In this document: positions 19,392 to 29,498 of the stretch, one piece after another
Numbering within the stretch: position 1 is the stretch's first letter
Layout: the number at the start of each line of letters is the position of its first letter
Source: an uncultured delta proteobacterium
GTDB lineage: Bacteria; Desulfobacterota; Desulfobacteria; Desulfobacterales; JAHEIW01
Assembly (NCBI GenBank): GCA_963706575.1
Contig: CAVPNL010000001.1
Location: 288,001-352,000 of the forward strand
Reading direction: 5' to 3'
Length of the DNA: 64,000 nt
The notes under the pieces: generated by a model
What the model was told of the DNA's origin: nothing
Database searches by the model: none
What the model saw: only the letters and a program-made list of their open reading frames with translations
Made by a program: the position numbers and the translations under genes

Positions 19392-20162
19392 ATGAGAGTG
19401 ACCAGTATCCAGCTTGGACTGGAAGACCGTCCCAAAGAGAAAAATGTTGAACATGCCCTCGGCCTGATCGACCAGGCACCGGATAGTGAACTTTTCCTGC
19501 TGCCGGAAATCTGGCCCTGCGGTTTTTTTTGTTTTGATCGCTACAAAAGCGACAGTGAATCCGTTGATGGCGCGATTGTCACTGCTTTCCAGGAAAAGGC
19601 CCGGGAGAAAAATTGTCACATTCTTATGGGAAGTATGGTCGAAAACGATGGTGACGATTATTACAATACCAGCATTTTTTTAAATCCCAGCGGTGAAATT
19701 GCAGCCCGCTACCGTAAAATTCACCTTTTTGGCTATCAATCTGACGAGACCGAAATCCTGACTCCCGGCAAAGAAGTTGTGGTGACCGAAACACCCTGGG
19801 GCGTCAGCGGTTTTTCAACCTGTTATGATTTGCGCTTCCCCGAGCTTTTTCGGAGCATGGTGGATAACGGCGCCCGGTTCTTTCTGGTGGCATCCGCCTG
19901 GCCGCAGGTACGTCTGGAAGCCTGGCGACTGTTTAACCGGGCGCGGGCGCACGAGAACCTTGCCTTTCTTATTTCGTGCAATTGCGCCGGCGCCAACGCC
20001 GGCAAACAATATGCCGGTCACAGCATGATCGTTGACCCGCTGGGGCAGGTCATCGCAGAAGGGGGTGAAGAAGAGCAACTGGTGACGGCCGAGATCGATC
20101 CGGGTCTTGTCGATACGGTGCGCCAGGATTTCAGTGCCTTGGACGATCGGGTTTTGAAATGA
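19392..20162 (+). CDS. Carbon-nitrogen hydrolase (nitrilase superfamily, omega-amidase/Nit-like)
   Basis: Glu-Lys-Cys triad motifs LPEIW, YRKIHLF, TCYDLRFPE. Confidence 0.9.
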   Translation: MRVTSIQLGLEDRPKEKNVEHALGLIDQAPDSELFLLPEIWPCGFFCFDRYKSDSESVDGAIVTAFQEKAREKNCHILMGSMVENDGDDYYNTSIFLNPSGEIAARYRKIHLFGYQSDETEILTPGKEVVVTETPWGVSGFSTCYDLRFPELFRSMVDNGARFFLVASAWPQVRLEAWRLFNRARAHENLAFLISCNCAGANAGKQYAGHSMIVDPLGQVIAEGGEEEQLVTAEIDPGLVDTVRQDFSALDDRVLK

Positions 20163-20196
20163 TGGCCAACCCTTAATCATCTAGAAAGGAAAAATC

Positions 20197-20562
20197 ATGC
20201 TAAAAGAACATCTGGAATTTTTTGCCTTAGACCTCTCGGTTGGCTGGGAAACACCGCCGGGTTACCCCGAAGGAATCGAACAGAAGATTCTGGCGGGATC
20301 GCTGGATGAGGAAAATAAAAAAGGATCCCGCACCCGCCTGCTGCGGTTTCAACCCGGCGCCTTCACCACTGAACCGTTTGAACACGATCACTGGGAAGAA
20401 GTTTTTCTGGTATCCGGTTCACTGACCGTTGGGGAAGAGACATTTCAGCCTTACACGTATGCCTGCAGGCCACCCAACACTCCGCACGGTCCTTTCAGCA
20501 GTCAGGACGGGTGCCTGCTTGTCGAAACGCATTTTTACGAAGCAGCGGGACAAATTGTTTAA
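20197..20562 (+). CDS. ChrR-like cupin domain protein
   Basis: RTRLLRFQPG, HDHWEEV and ACRPPNTPHGPF cupin motifs. Confidence 0.82.
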   Translation: MLKEHLEFFALDLSVGWETPPGYPEGIEQKILAGSLDEENKKGSRTRLLRFQPGAFTTEPFEHDHWEEVFLVSGSLTVGEETFQPYTYACRPPNTPHGPFSSQDGCLLVETHFYEAAGQIV

Positions 20563-20652
20563 TTTGACATTTATTCCGAATTGATCATGTAAAAGCACGG
20601 TATCAACCCTTTAACCGGCTGTTTCACTGATGCCAAAATAGGAGGAGGGATT

Positions 20653-21852
20653 ATGACAACACTTAAAAGACACCAAAAAGTCAAATTCGTACTGGTAATA
20701 GCCGCTGTGGCTATCATCAGTCTGGCCATTTCCCTGCCGGCAGTCCATGCCGGGCAGCCCATTAAAATAGGCGTTGCCTACGGTCTGCAAGGTGTGTGGA
20801 GTGACTGGTGCAAGAAAAACATCGTGGCGGTTGAAATGGCGGTCGAAGAAATCAATGCCGCCGGCGGGGTGAACGGAATGCCGCTGGAGACCATTATATA
20901 CGATACGGCCAGCAAACCGGCCGAAGCCACCCGCCTGGTGCGTAAACTGGCCACCGATGACAAGGTTTTAGCCATTTTAGGACCCTTTTCCAGCTCCGAG
21001 TGCGAGGTGGCCTTTCCGGTAGGTAACCGCATCGGGATTGTCATGATCTCCCAGGCGTCTTCCAAACCGGGGGTTGCCGCCAAGTGGCCTTACGCCTTTC
21101 GCAATAAAATCGATGAGCTCAGACTGGCCTTTCCGGCCATCAAAAAATGGATGATGATTCATAAAATTAAAACCGTGGCCATCGTTCATGATGCCAAGGA
21201 CGCCGTCGGTCGTGCATTGGGTACCATGGTTTTGCCGGGAGTCAGCAAAAAGCTGGGACTTCAGATCGTCAACGAAGGTAACTATGTGACCTATACCACC
21301 GGTGATTTCGACATGCGGCCGCAGGTGACAAAGCTTAAAAGTATGCAATTTGACGGCCTGGTGTTTGGCGGTCTTTACATGGACGGCGTCACGTTTATCA
21401 AAGAAGCCCGGCGCCAGGGTCTTAATCAGCCCATGGTCGGGGGCAATCCGCTGATGAGTTTGCAATTTCCCCGCAAGGGCGGCAAGGCAGCGCAAGGTGT
21501 TTTTACATCTTCGGAATTTTATTACTGGATGGAAGAACCCAAGGTGCAGAAGTTTACCAAAGAGTTTATCAATAGGGCCAAGGCCAAAGGCATCGATCCT
21601 CCCGAGCCGTTGCAGTTTGACGTCAATGTCTACGATGCCATTTACATGCTGGCGCATGTCATCAAACAAAACGGCATTACCAACAAACCCGCAGACCTGG
21701 CGCGGGATCGTGAACTGATCATGAAGGGCCTGACCGATCTAAAAGACTTTCCGGGACTGGCCAGCAAGATCAGATTTAACGATAAGGGCGATGCTGTCAG
21801 AGACGTTTATGTCGTCAAGGCCCAGGGCGATGAATGGGTCCTGGTTGAATAG
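20653..21852 (+). CDS. LIV/HAAT-family ABC substrate-binding protein
   Basis: Signal peptide; AVEEINAAGGVNG; similar to the SBP at 6366-7544. Confidence 0.9.
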   Translation: MTTLKRHQKVKFVLVIAAVAIISLAISLPAVHAGQPIKIGVAYGLQGVWSDWCKKNIVAVEMAVEEINAAGGVNGMPLETIIYDTASKPAEATRLVRKLATDDKVLAILGPFSSSECEVAFPVGNRIGIVMISQASSKPGVAAKWPYAFRNKIDELRLAFPAIKKWMMIHKIKTVAIVHDAKDAVGRALGTMVLPGVSKKLGLQIVNEGNYVTYTTGDFDMRPQVTKLKSMQFDGLVFGGLYMDGVTFIKEARRQGLNQPMVGGNPLMSLQFPRKGGKAAQGVFTSSEFYYWMEEPKVQKFTKEFINRAKAKGIDPPEPLQFDVNVYDAIYMLAHVIKQNGITNKPADLARDRELIMKGLTDLKDFPGLASKIRFNDKGDAVRDVYVVKAQGDEWVLVE

Positions 21853-21857
21853 AACCT

Positions 21858-21891
21858 GTGCGTTCCCGCAATTGAAGCAGCGGGAGCGCAC
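21858..21891 (+). terminator. Stem-loop after the SBP gene (mRNA stabiliser or attenuator)
   Basis: GTGCGTTCCCGC...GCGGGAGCGCAC. Confidence 0.5.
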
Positions 21892-21924
21892 TTAATCCAT
21901 ATTTGATACAAAAAGGGTGCTGAA

Positions 21925-23310
21925 ATGTTTTATGTCCTTTTTGCTTTAATTTGTATTTATGCCATCTTTACGCTCTGGTTTTCGATAAGCGCTTTTTGGG
22001 AGAAAGAACGCCAAGCCGGGATCAGAGGTCTGATTTGCACGTTTGCGATGGTGGTTTTTTTATTTTTCTACGCCCAGGCTCAGGCCGGCGGTATGTTAGA
22101 TGGAACATTTGTGAAAATCCTCCAGGGCATTATTGCTGCGCTGATGATCCTGTTTACGATTTCGATGTTTGTTCCCATCGGTCGCCGACCCGAAGCCCTG
22201 AAAGGAACCGAGGGGATGCGCCAAGGCGAGACAGAACGGTTCAACCAGAAGGATACGGCCTTCAATATTGCCCATGTGGGCGCATACGGTCCTGAAGTGA
22301 GCAAACAGCGCTGGGCTCTTCAGAGCCGGGATCCTTTCGGGGGCATCTACTGGACGCTTGTAATGGGATTGCGGCCGCAGGCGGACGGCAAGGTCAACCC
22401 GCAAAGACAGGATGGTTTTTCTAGCGAAGAGATCACAAAGGAAATCAAACGAACCGCCCGTTATTGCGGGGCGGATCTGGTGGGCATTACCAAAGTCAAA
22501 CAGGATTTTTGTTACAGTGAAACGTTTTCATATGAGGAATCCAAACTGGGTACCGGACCCGCGGTGACATCACCGGTAGATATAAAACATAAATATGTCA
22601 TCGTTTTAGGCCGCGAAATGAATTTTCATCGAATACAGAACACCCTCTCTTCGAAGAATGATGAAAGTCTGGGTGAAATCGGAAAGACCTACTATGAACT
22701 GGCCCAGATTGCCTGTGCGTTGGCGGCATTCATCCGACAGCTGGGTTATTCCGCCAAAGCCCATCATGTGCGCAATGAACAGGTTTTGCAGGTACCGTAT
22801 GCGGTTGATGCCGGCCTCGGTGAACAGGGGCGCCATAACTATATCATTAGCGAAAAATACGGTCCACGGGTACGACTGGCAACGGTGACAACCGACCTCG
22901 AATTGATCGAAGACAAACCGGTCGATATCGGCGTACAGGATTTTTGCGAAAGCTGCCGATTATGCGAAATCAACTGCCCGGCCCAGGCCTTGGCCGCTGA
23001 AAAGACCGAGGTCAGAGGATACCGTAAGTGGCCCCAAGACTATACCAAATGCTTTGGATTCTGGGTTACAGGCGGCAATACGTTTGGCTGTACACTGTGT
23101 TTGAAAGTCTGCCCCTGGAACAAGCCCCGTACGTTTGTTCATCGCGTCAGTATGTATGGCGCCGCGCGTTCGATTGTGGCCCGCCGGGTCCTTTACTGGA
23201 TCTCGCTGATCTTTTACGGCAAACTCTATCGCTGGAAACGACTGCCGTTGCCGGATGAGATCGAGATGCCCCCGGAGACCCAGAGCTGGGGCAAGCAATC
23301 ATCAAATTAG
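21925..23310 (+). CDS. Reductive dehalogenase-like cobalamin/2x[4Fe-4S] protein with about 3 N-terminal transmembrane helices
   Basis: GADLVGI, AVDAGLGEQGR, GPRVRLATVTTDL, FCESCRLCEINCP, CFGFW...CTLCLKVCPW; three hydrophobic segments in the first ~85 aa; no Tat motif. Confidence 0.85.
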   Translation: MFYVLFALICIYAIFTLWFSISAFWEKERQAGIRGLICTFAMVVFLFFYAQAQAGGMLDGTFVKILQGIIAALMILFTISMFVPIGRRPEALKGTEGMRQGETERFNQKDTAFNIAHVGAYGPEVSKQRWALQSRDPFGGIYWTLVMGLRPQADGKVNPQRQDGFSSEEITKEIKRTARYCGADLVGITKVKQDFCYSETFSYEESKLGTGPAVTSPVDIKHKYVIVLGREMNFHRIQNTLSSKNDESLGEIGKTYYELAQIACALAAFIRQLGYSAKAHHVRNEQVLQVPYAVDAGLGEQGRHNYIISEKYGPRVRLATVTTDLELIEDKPVDIGVQDFCESCRLCEINCPAQALAAEKTEVRGYRKWPQDYTKCFGFWVTGGNTFGCTLCLKVCPWNKPRTFVHRVSMYGAARSIVARRVLYWISLIFYGKLYRWKRLPLPDEIEMPPETQSWGKQSSN

Positions 23311-23376
23311 TTGGATTAAACTCTAGGGTGCCGGTTTTTGGGGTAGCTGGATCGGTCATATCTGAAAGGAACAACA

Positions 23377-24253
23377 TTGTTTTTACAGCAGCTTTTTAAC
23401 GGCATTATGCTGGGCAGTACATATGCATTGATCGCCATCTCGTTTACCCTGTTGATGGGGGTCTTGAACATGCTCAATTTTGCCATTGGCGAACTTTTTA
23501 TGCTGGGCGCTGTTTTTGGGCTGACCTTTGTCAATTTTGGAATGCCGTTCTACCTCGCTTTTCCTCTGGCAATGATCTGTACGGGTTGCGTTTGCTTGAT
23601 TATCGAACGCTTTTCTTTTCGACCACTACGCAACGCGCCACCGTCAATTCCCTTGCTCAGCACCATGGGATTTTCGATTTTAATCGGAAGCACAGCTGAA
23701 AATATCTGGGGATCCGAGCGATCCCAATTTCCCCAGTGGATCGAGCCTGTAGATTTTTATATCGGACCGGTTCTGATCTCATCCACCGAACTCATCATCC
23801 TTGCGGCGGCGGTGGTTATCATGATCGGCTTGGATCTATTTCATTCAGCGCACGCGGATCGGTCGCGGTATGCGCGCGGTGGCCGAAAACATCGATACGG
23901 CCAGTATTTTGGGAGTTGATTCCAATCTGATTATTCCGGCTGCTTTTTTTGCCTCAGGTGCCTTGGCGGGTGCCAGCGGGATCCTATTTGGGCTGAGCTT
24001 TTCCATCGTATCCCCCTTTATGGGAATGGCGCCCGGAATTAAAGGGATTGCGGCGATGATTGTGGGCGGCATGGGAAATATCAGGGGGGCTATCGTCGGA
24101 GGCATGTTGATCGGTATCATTGAAGTGCTCAGTGTGGGATATCTGGGCGCGACTGCGAAGGATTTTGCGGTATACGGTGCATTATTTCTGGCGCTGGTCA
24201 TCCGGCCGCAGGGAATTCTGGGAATGCTCCAGACTGAAAGAGAGAGGATTTAA
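23377..24253 (+). CDS. livH: LivH-type permease; +1 frameshift near 23840
   Basis: ORFs 23377-23919 and 23870-24253 join as LDLFIQRTRIGRGMRAV when one T is removed. Confidence 0.85.
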
Positions 24254-24255
24254 CG

Positions 24256-25115
24256 GTGAGTATCTATCATCTGGACCTGCTTTCGGCACTGGGAATAAAC
24301 ATATTGTTGGCCCTGAGTGTTTACTGCCCCATGGTCACCGGGCAGCTTTCCATTGGCAATGCCGGTTTTATGGCCATCGGGGCGTATATTTCAGCGATGT
24401 TGACCGTTCATCTTCATATTCCGCTATTTGCGGCATTGATTGCGGCCGGTGTCGTCGCCGGATTCATCGGCCTGCTGGTGGGGTTCCCGGCCCTCAGGTT
24501 AAAGGGTCTTTTTCTGGCCATGGCGACCCTTGGATTTGGTGAGATCGTCCGCAATTTTTTTATGAATTTTCTTGAGCCCTTAACCGGCGGGGCCTATGGT
24601 TTTAGAGGTATCGGCAGCGATCCGATCTCGGTCTTCTGGATCTGGGGCTGGGTCATATTCTTTTTAATCTTTCTGCATTTCCTTTCACGCTCGCGGATGG
24701 GTCTGGCCATGCTGGCCACCCACGATGACGAAACGGTCAGCGAACTTATGGGTATTAACATCGTTCGCTTAAAGATCGGGGCATTTGGCCTGGGTGCATT
24801 TATTGCCGGTGTCGCCGGTGGTTTGTTTGCCCATTATTACCTTTACATCGAACCGGAGTTTTTTAATGTATGGAAGTCGATTTACATGGTGCTTTTTGTG
24901 ATCATGGGCGGCATGTTGACGGTTTGGGGTGGCGTCATGGGTGCCGCTTTTTTACATTGCTACCCGAATTTACCCGGGTTTTGCATGATTGGCGCGGTGC
25001 GTTTTTTGGATTGGTTATTATTGTGCTGATGATTATTCGGCCTTCGGGGATTCTAACCCGGGATATGTTTCGCTGGGATTTTTGGCGGCCATCGTTAAAG
25101 GAGGCCAAATCTTGA
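24256..25115 (+). CDS. livM: LivM-type permease; one base missing in a T-run near 24950
   Basis: ORFs 24256-25029 and 24870-25115 join as GAAFFTLLPE...IIRPSGI. Confidence 0.85.
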
Positions 25116-25879
25116 ATTCGACACCGATTTTAAGTTTAAAGGATGTTGAAAAAAAATTCGGCGGGTTAACTGCCGTAGGCAGCTTGAATATGCAGGTCTT
25201 TCCGGGGCAAATTTGTGGTCTCATCGGTCCGAACGGTGCTGGCAAGACCACGGTCTTTAATTTAATCACCGGGGTTTACCCCTGCGATGGAGGCGAGGTT
25301 TTTATAAGCGATCGGGAAATAACTTCTGCCAAGCCCTATCGGATCACACGAATGGGTGTTGCGCGTACCTTTCAGACCATTCGGCTCTTTGCGAATCTGA
25401 CCACCTGGGAGCATATTTTGATCGCTCAGAATTTTTTAGCTCGAAGTCACAATGGCAGGCGGTTGCTGCCGGACAGGCAGCGCGAAAAGGAACTAAAGGC
25501 CGAGGCTCAGGAAATTCTCACCCTGCTCGATTTATGGCAAGACCGGCAACGCAAAGCGGTAACACTTCCTTACGGCAGTCAACGCAGAGTAGAAATTGCC
25601 AGGGCGCTGGCCACCCGTCCCAAACTGCTGCTGCTGGATGAGCCGGCCGCCGGAATGAATATGCGCGAGACCGAGGATTTGCTCCATATCATCACAAAAA
25701 TACATGCACAAAAACAGGGCATGGCGATCCTGGTGATCGACCACGACATGGATTTTGTTATGAAAATTTGCGAATATATTTTTGTTCTGAATTTCGGTAT
25801 TAAAATTACGGAGGGAGCGCCGGATGACATTCAGCAGGACGAGAAGGTCAAAGAAGCCTATCTGGGGAAGGAGGAATAG
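25112..25879 (+). CDS. livG: LivG-type ABC ATPase
   Basis: GPNGAGKT, VARTFQ, DEPAAGMN; TTG start behind AAGGAGG, overlapping the livM stop. Confidence 0.88.
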   Translation: MNSTPILSLKDVEKKFGGLTAVGSLNMQVFPGQICGLIGPNGAGKTTVFNLITGVYPCDGGEVFISDREITSAKPYRITRMGVARTFQTIRLFANLTTWEHILIAQNFLARSHNGRRLLPDRQREKELKAEAQEILTLLDLWQDRQRKAVTLPYGSQRRVEIARALATRPKLLLLDEPAAGMNMRETEDLLHIITKIHAQKQGMAILVIDHDMDFVMKICEYIFVLNFGIKITEGAPDDIQQDEKVKEAYLGKEE

Positions 25880-26596
25880 GTGCTGCGGATATCAAATCTT
25901 GCGGCCGGATATGGAAAAATCAAGGTTTTAAAAGGCGTGTCTCTTGAGATCGAAGAAGGAGAAATCATTACACTGATCGGGGCAAACGGGGCCGGCAAGA
26001 CAACGCTTTTGAAAACGATTTGCGGATTGATTCAGGCCAGTTCCGGTTCCATTGAATATGAGGGCGAAGCCGTGCATCGCAAATCGCCTTCGGCGCGGGT
26101 GAAAAAGGGGTTGGTGCTTGTGCCGGAAGGGCGCAATATCCTGCGAAGGATGACGGTCTACGAAAACCTGTTGATGGGCGCTTATTGCCGGGCGGATCGA
26201 ACCGAAATTAAGAACGATATCGAAGCGGTTTTTGAGCGGTTCCCGGTACTGGCAAAACGGATGAATTTGTCGGCCGATGTGCTATCAGGCGGCGAACAGC
26301 AAATGCTGGCCATCGGGCGCGCCATGTTAGCACGGCCGAAAATTCTCATGATGGACGAACCTTCTCTGGGGCTGTCTCCCATTCTGATCAAGGAAATTTT
26401 TTCGATTATTGCCGATTTGCACAGCTCCGGCATGACCATTTTGCTGGTGGAGCAAAATGCGCTCAAGGCTCTGCAGGTGGCAAACCGTGGCTATGTTATG
26501 GAAACCGGCGAGATCGTTATGGCGGATACGTGTGAAGGCCTCTTATGTGATGAGAAGCTTTGTGATGCCTATCTTGGCGGCAAGGTTGATCCCTAA
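25880..26596 (+). CDS. livF: LivF-type ABC ATPase
   Basis: GANGAGKT, LSGGEQQMLA, DEPSLGLSP. Confidence 0.9.
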   Translation: MLRISNLAAGYGKIKVLKGVSLEIEEGEIITLIGANGAGKTTLLKTICGLIQASSGSIEYEGEAVHRKSPSARVKKGLVLVPEGRNILRRMTVYENLLMGAYCRADRTEIKNDIEAVFERFPVLAKRMNLSADVLSGGEQQMLAIGRAMLARPKILMMDEPSLGLSPILIKEIFSIIADLHSSGMTILLVEQNALKALQVANRGYVMETGEIVMADTCEGLLCDEKLCDAYLGGKVDP

Positions 26597-26731
26597 GGAC
26601 CTGATAGGCTGCCAAAAACGGATCTTAAGTTTTGATGTCTCCTTCCAACAATTGAAATAAAATTTGGCGGTGTGGTTCGGATGTTTGAAAGTCAGCCGGT
26701 CGGCAGCGAGCTGCAGCAAAAAGGTGGTTAA

Positions 26732-27055
26732 ATGAGCTATGCATATTTGGTCATATATGAGGTGCAGCCTGAAGATCCTGAAGCTTTTCTGCGATACTAT
26801 TTTGAAACTCACATTCCGATTGTCTGGACATTTCCGAAGATTCGGCGAATTCAAATAGAGCGCGGAGTGGATGGCGGTGACTTTTTTATGATCGCGCGTT
26901 TTACCTTTGATACTCTGGAAGATCTACGGATGGCCATTACATCCAAGGAACGAGAACGTGCGCGGGCTGATATGCAAAATTTTCCTGCTTACCATGGACG
27001 GGTAAGCCGTCAGGCAGTTGAGATAGTGGAAGTAGGACCTGATGGGATCCAGTAA
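26732..27055 (+). CDS. EthD family dimeric alpha/beta-barrel protein
   Basis: PEDPEAFLRYYFETHIP...FP motif; 107 aa. Confidence 0.78.
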   Translation: MSYAYLVIYEVQPEDPEAFLRYYFETHIPIVWTFPKIRRIQIERGVDGGDFFMIARFTFDTLEDLRMAITSKERERARADMQNFPAYHGRVSRQAVEIVEVGPDGIQ

Positions 27056-28136
27056 ATCCGATCATAAGGTAAAATTGTTTTCACCATTAAAGTTGCGTGA
27101 GGTCATCATACCCAATAGGATCATGATTTCACCGATGTGCCAGTATTGTGCCAAAGACGGGATTCCGCATGAATGGCACTTCGTGCACCTTGCCACCAGA
27201 GCGGTTGGCGGTGCTGGGATTGTGATGACCGAAGCGGTTGCGGTTGAGCCGGCAGGCCGCATCACGCCTTTTGATGTCGGATTGTGGAATCAAGAACAGC
27301 AGGAAGAATTTTCGCGACTGGCTGCCTTTATCGATAGGCAGGGAGCCATACCCGGGCTGCAACTTGCCCATGCCGGACGGAAAGCATCCCACGCCCGTCC
27401 CTGGGAGGATCGTCGCCCGCTTACGCCAGCCGAGGGGGGGTGGGAGGTTTACGGGCCCAGCCCAATGGCCTGGGATAGCGGTGATCCCATTCCGCTGGAG
27501 TTGACAACCGATGATATAGCTCATCTAACAAAGACATTTCAGCATGCTGCCCTACGCGCTTTTAAAGCCGGATTTCGTCTGCTGGAATTGCACGCGGCCC
27601 ACGGATACCTGCTGCATTCTTTTCTTTCGCCCCTGACAAACCATCGCCGGGACGCGTATGGTGGAAATTTTGAAGGCCGAATACAATTTGTTGTCGAGGT
27701 GGCCAGAGCAATTAGGGAGGTCTGGCCCGCAGGACTGCCGTTTTTCGTTCGAATATCAGCCACCGATTGGGTAAACGATGGCTGGGATTTGGATGATTCC
27801 GTACGATTGGCCAAATTGCTTATTTCTGAAGGCGTAGATGCGATCGATTGTTCAAGCGGAGGAATTTTGCCGGGGATCGATATAAAACCGCATGCCGGCT
27901 ATCAGGTGCCGTTGGCAGAAGAAATTCGGCTTCGGACAGGCGTTCGAACCGTGGCAGTTGGCATGATCAGTGAGCCGAGACAGGCTGAGGACATTATCGC
28001 TAACGATCGGGCGGATTTGATCGCTATCGGTCGACTTGCCTTATGGGATCCTTACTGGCCGCATCATGCCGCAAAAAAATTAAACGCCAAGGTCCAACTG
28101 CCGCGACAGTACGAACGGGCCAATATCTTTAATTAA
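27042..28136 (+). CDS. NADH:flavin oxidoreductase / old yellow enzyme (YqjM-type)
   Basis: SPMCQY, QLAHAGRKA, HAAHGYL, RISATDW. Confidence 0.92.
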   Translation: MGSSKSDHKVKLFSPLKLREVIIPNRIMISPMCQYCAKDGIPHEWHFVHLATRAVGGAGIVMTEAVAVEPAGRITPFDVGLWNQEQQEEFSRLAAFIDRQGAIPGLQLAHAGRKASHARPWEDRRPLTPAEGGWEVYGPSPMAWDSGDPIPLELTTDDIAHLTKTFQHAALRAFKAGFRLLELHAAHGYLLHSFLSPLTNHRRDAYGGNFEGRIQFVVEVARAIREVWPAGLPFFVRISATDWVNDGWDLDDSVRLAKLLISEGVDAIDCSSGGILPGIDIKPHAGYQVPLAEEIRLRTGVRTVAVGMISEPRQAEDIIANDRADLIAIGRLALWDPYWPHHAAKKLNAKVQLPRQYERANIFN

Positions 28137-28200
28137 ACGGGTTTGTGATCATTACAAGTAATGGGTACCACCTATTTGAACAATACTTGGGAGAAGATGA

Positions 28201-29481
28201 ATGTCAATAGCTGTTAGTATACACGGCAAGACGGGCAGACGCTTCGGAATAGCGGAATTGTCGGAAGCGGCCTACGTCAAGGATATTGTACATCCGCTTG
28301 AGCGCTATGATGAAAGGATGACGCCGCTTTCCAGAGGTTACGTACCGCCCGGCGGGTGGCAACAGGAGTTTCTCGACACACTGGTGCCTGCCATCGGCCA
28401 GCAGGGGGCAGTTCCCCGTGACGAGCCGGGATACACCCAGATAGATCTTGCATTGCGAATTGCCGGGTTTCATACTGCCATGGCGACCAACTGCCACACG
28501 GGCAATTGGACGCGGCCGCGGCTCTCTGATGAGCTGGGCTGTTTTTATGATTGGGAAGGAATCTGGAGCCCCGCAATGATCGGGCTGCCTTGGGAACCTC
28601 CGAAATTAGCGGTGGCATCGCCGGCAGAAATGTCTGAAATCGTTAAAGACGCAGCTTTGTTCCTGGGCGCCAGTCTGGTAGGGATCACCGAGCTGAATCG
28701 AAACTGGATTTATAAAAAGGGATGGGAGCGTTACGGTCATAAAGAAATCGATCTGAATGCCAAAATACCGTCCAGCATAAAATATGCAGTCGTCATGGCC
28801 ATTGAAACAAATTATGATTATGTGCGGCATGCGCCGACAGCCAGGGCCAGTGCGGCGGCCGGTTTAGGCTATTCGAAGATGGCAATTCTCAGTCCGGCGT
28901 TAGCCAAGTTTATTGCTTCACTGGGCTATACTGCCATTGCATGCGGCAACGATACGGCCTTGAGTATCCCGCTGGCTGTAGATGCTGGTCTGGGGCAGCT
29001 GGCCCGGTTGGGAACGTTGATTACGCCGGAATTCGGGCCCCGGGTAAGGTTGTGCAAAGTGCTCACCGATCTTCCTTTGAAACCAACAGCTCCGGTTGAT
29101 TTTGGTGTGACCGAATTTTGTCAGATATGCGAAAAATGCGCCGAGTACTGTCCCTCTCAGGCGATCTTATACGGCAAAAGAATTTCCACGGCACGCACCG
29201 TCTCTACCAACCCCGGACTTTTGAAGTGGCCGCTTAACGGCGAAAAATGTTTTCGGTACTGGTATAAAAATGGTGCTAAAACCGAGAAGGGAATGTACCA
29301 TATCGATTGTTATCAATGCATTAATGTATGTCCGTTTAACAAACAGCCGGGAATCGGCCATGATACGGTTCGCTGGTTTATAAGAAAAAAGATTCCATGG
29401 GTAAGCCGGTTGCTGAAGTGGGGCGATGATCTTTTTTATAAAGTACTGTACAAAACCGGCAAGTATGCGTCTAACACCTGA
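28201..29481 (+). CDS. Cytoplasmic reductive dehalogenase-like cobalamin/2x[4Fe-4S] protein
   Basis: GASLVGI, GYSKMA, SIPLAVDAGLGQLARLG, GPRVRLCKVLTDLP, FCQICEKCAEYCP, CFRYW...CYQCINVCPF; no signal peptide and no rdhB. Confidence 0.88.
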   Translation: MSIAVSIHGKTGRRFGIAELSEAAYVKDIVHPLERYDERMTPLSRGYVPPGGWQQEFLDTLVPAIGQQGAVPRDEPGYTQIDLALRIAGFHTAMATNCHTGNWTRPRLSDELGCFYDWEGIWSPAMIGLPWEPPKLAVASPAEMSEIVKDAALFLGASLVGITELNRNWIYKKGWERYGHKEIDLNAKIPSSIKYAVVMAIETNYDYVRHAPTARASAAAGLGYSKMAILSPALAKFIASLGYTAIACGNDTALSIPLAVDAGLGQLARLGTLITPEFGPRVRLCKVLTDLPLKPTAPVDFGVTEFCQICEKCAEYCPSQAILYGKRISTARTVSTNPGLLKWPLNGEKCFRYWYKNGAKTEKGMYHIDCYQCINVCPFNKQPGIGHDTVRWFIRKKIPWVSRLLKWGDDLFYKVLYKTGKYASNT

Positions 29482-29498
29482 AGCAAGGGGAGGATATC

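Noticed and set aside
20977..21669. 230-aa minus-strand ORF and many similar short antisense ORFs
   Set aside because: They lie fully opposite well-supported genes and show no family motifs
21925..29481. Classical organohalide-respiration rdhAB cluster
   Set aside because: No Tat RRxFLK leader with a hydrophobic region (the GRRFG near the start of 28201 is followed by polar sequence), and no rdhB, rdhK or rdhT
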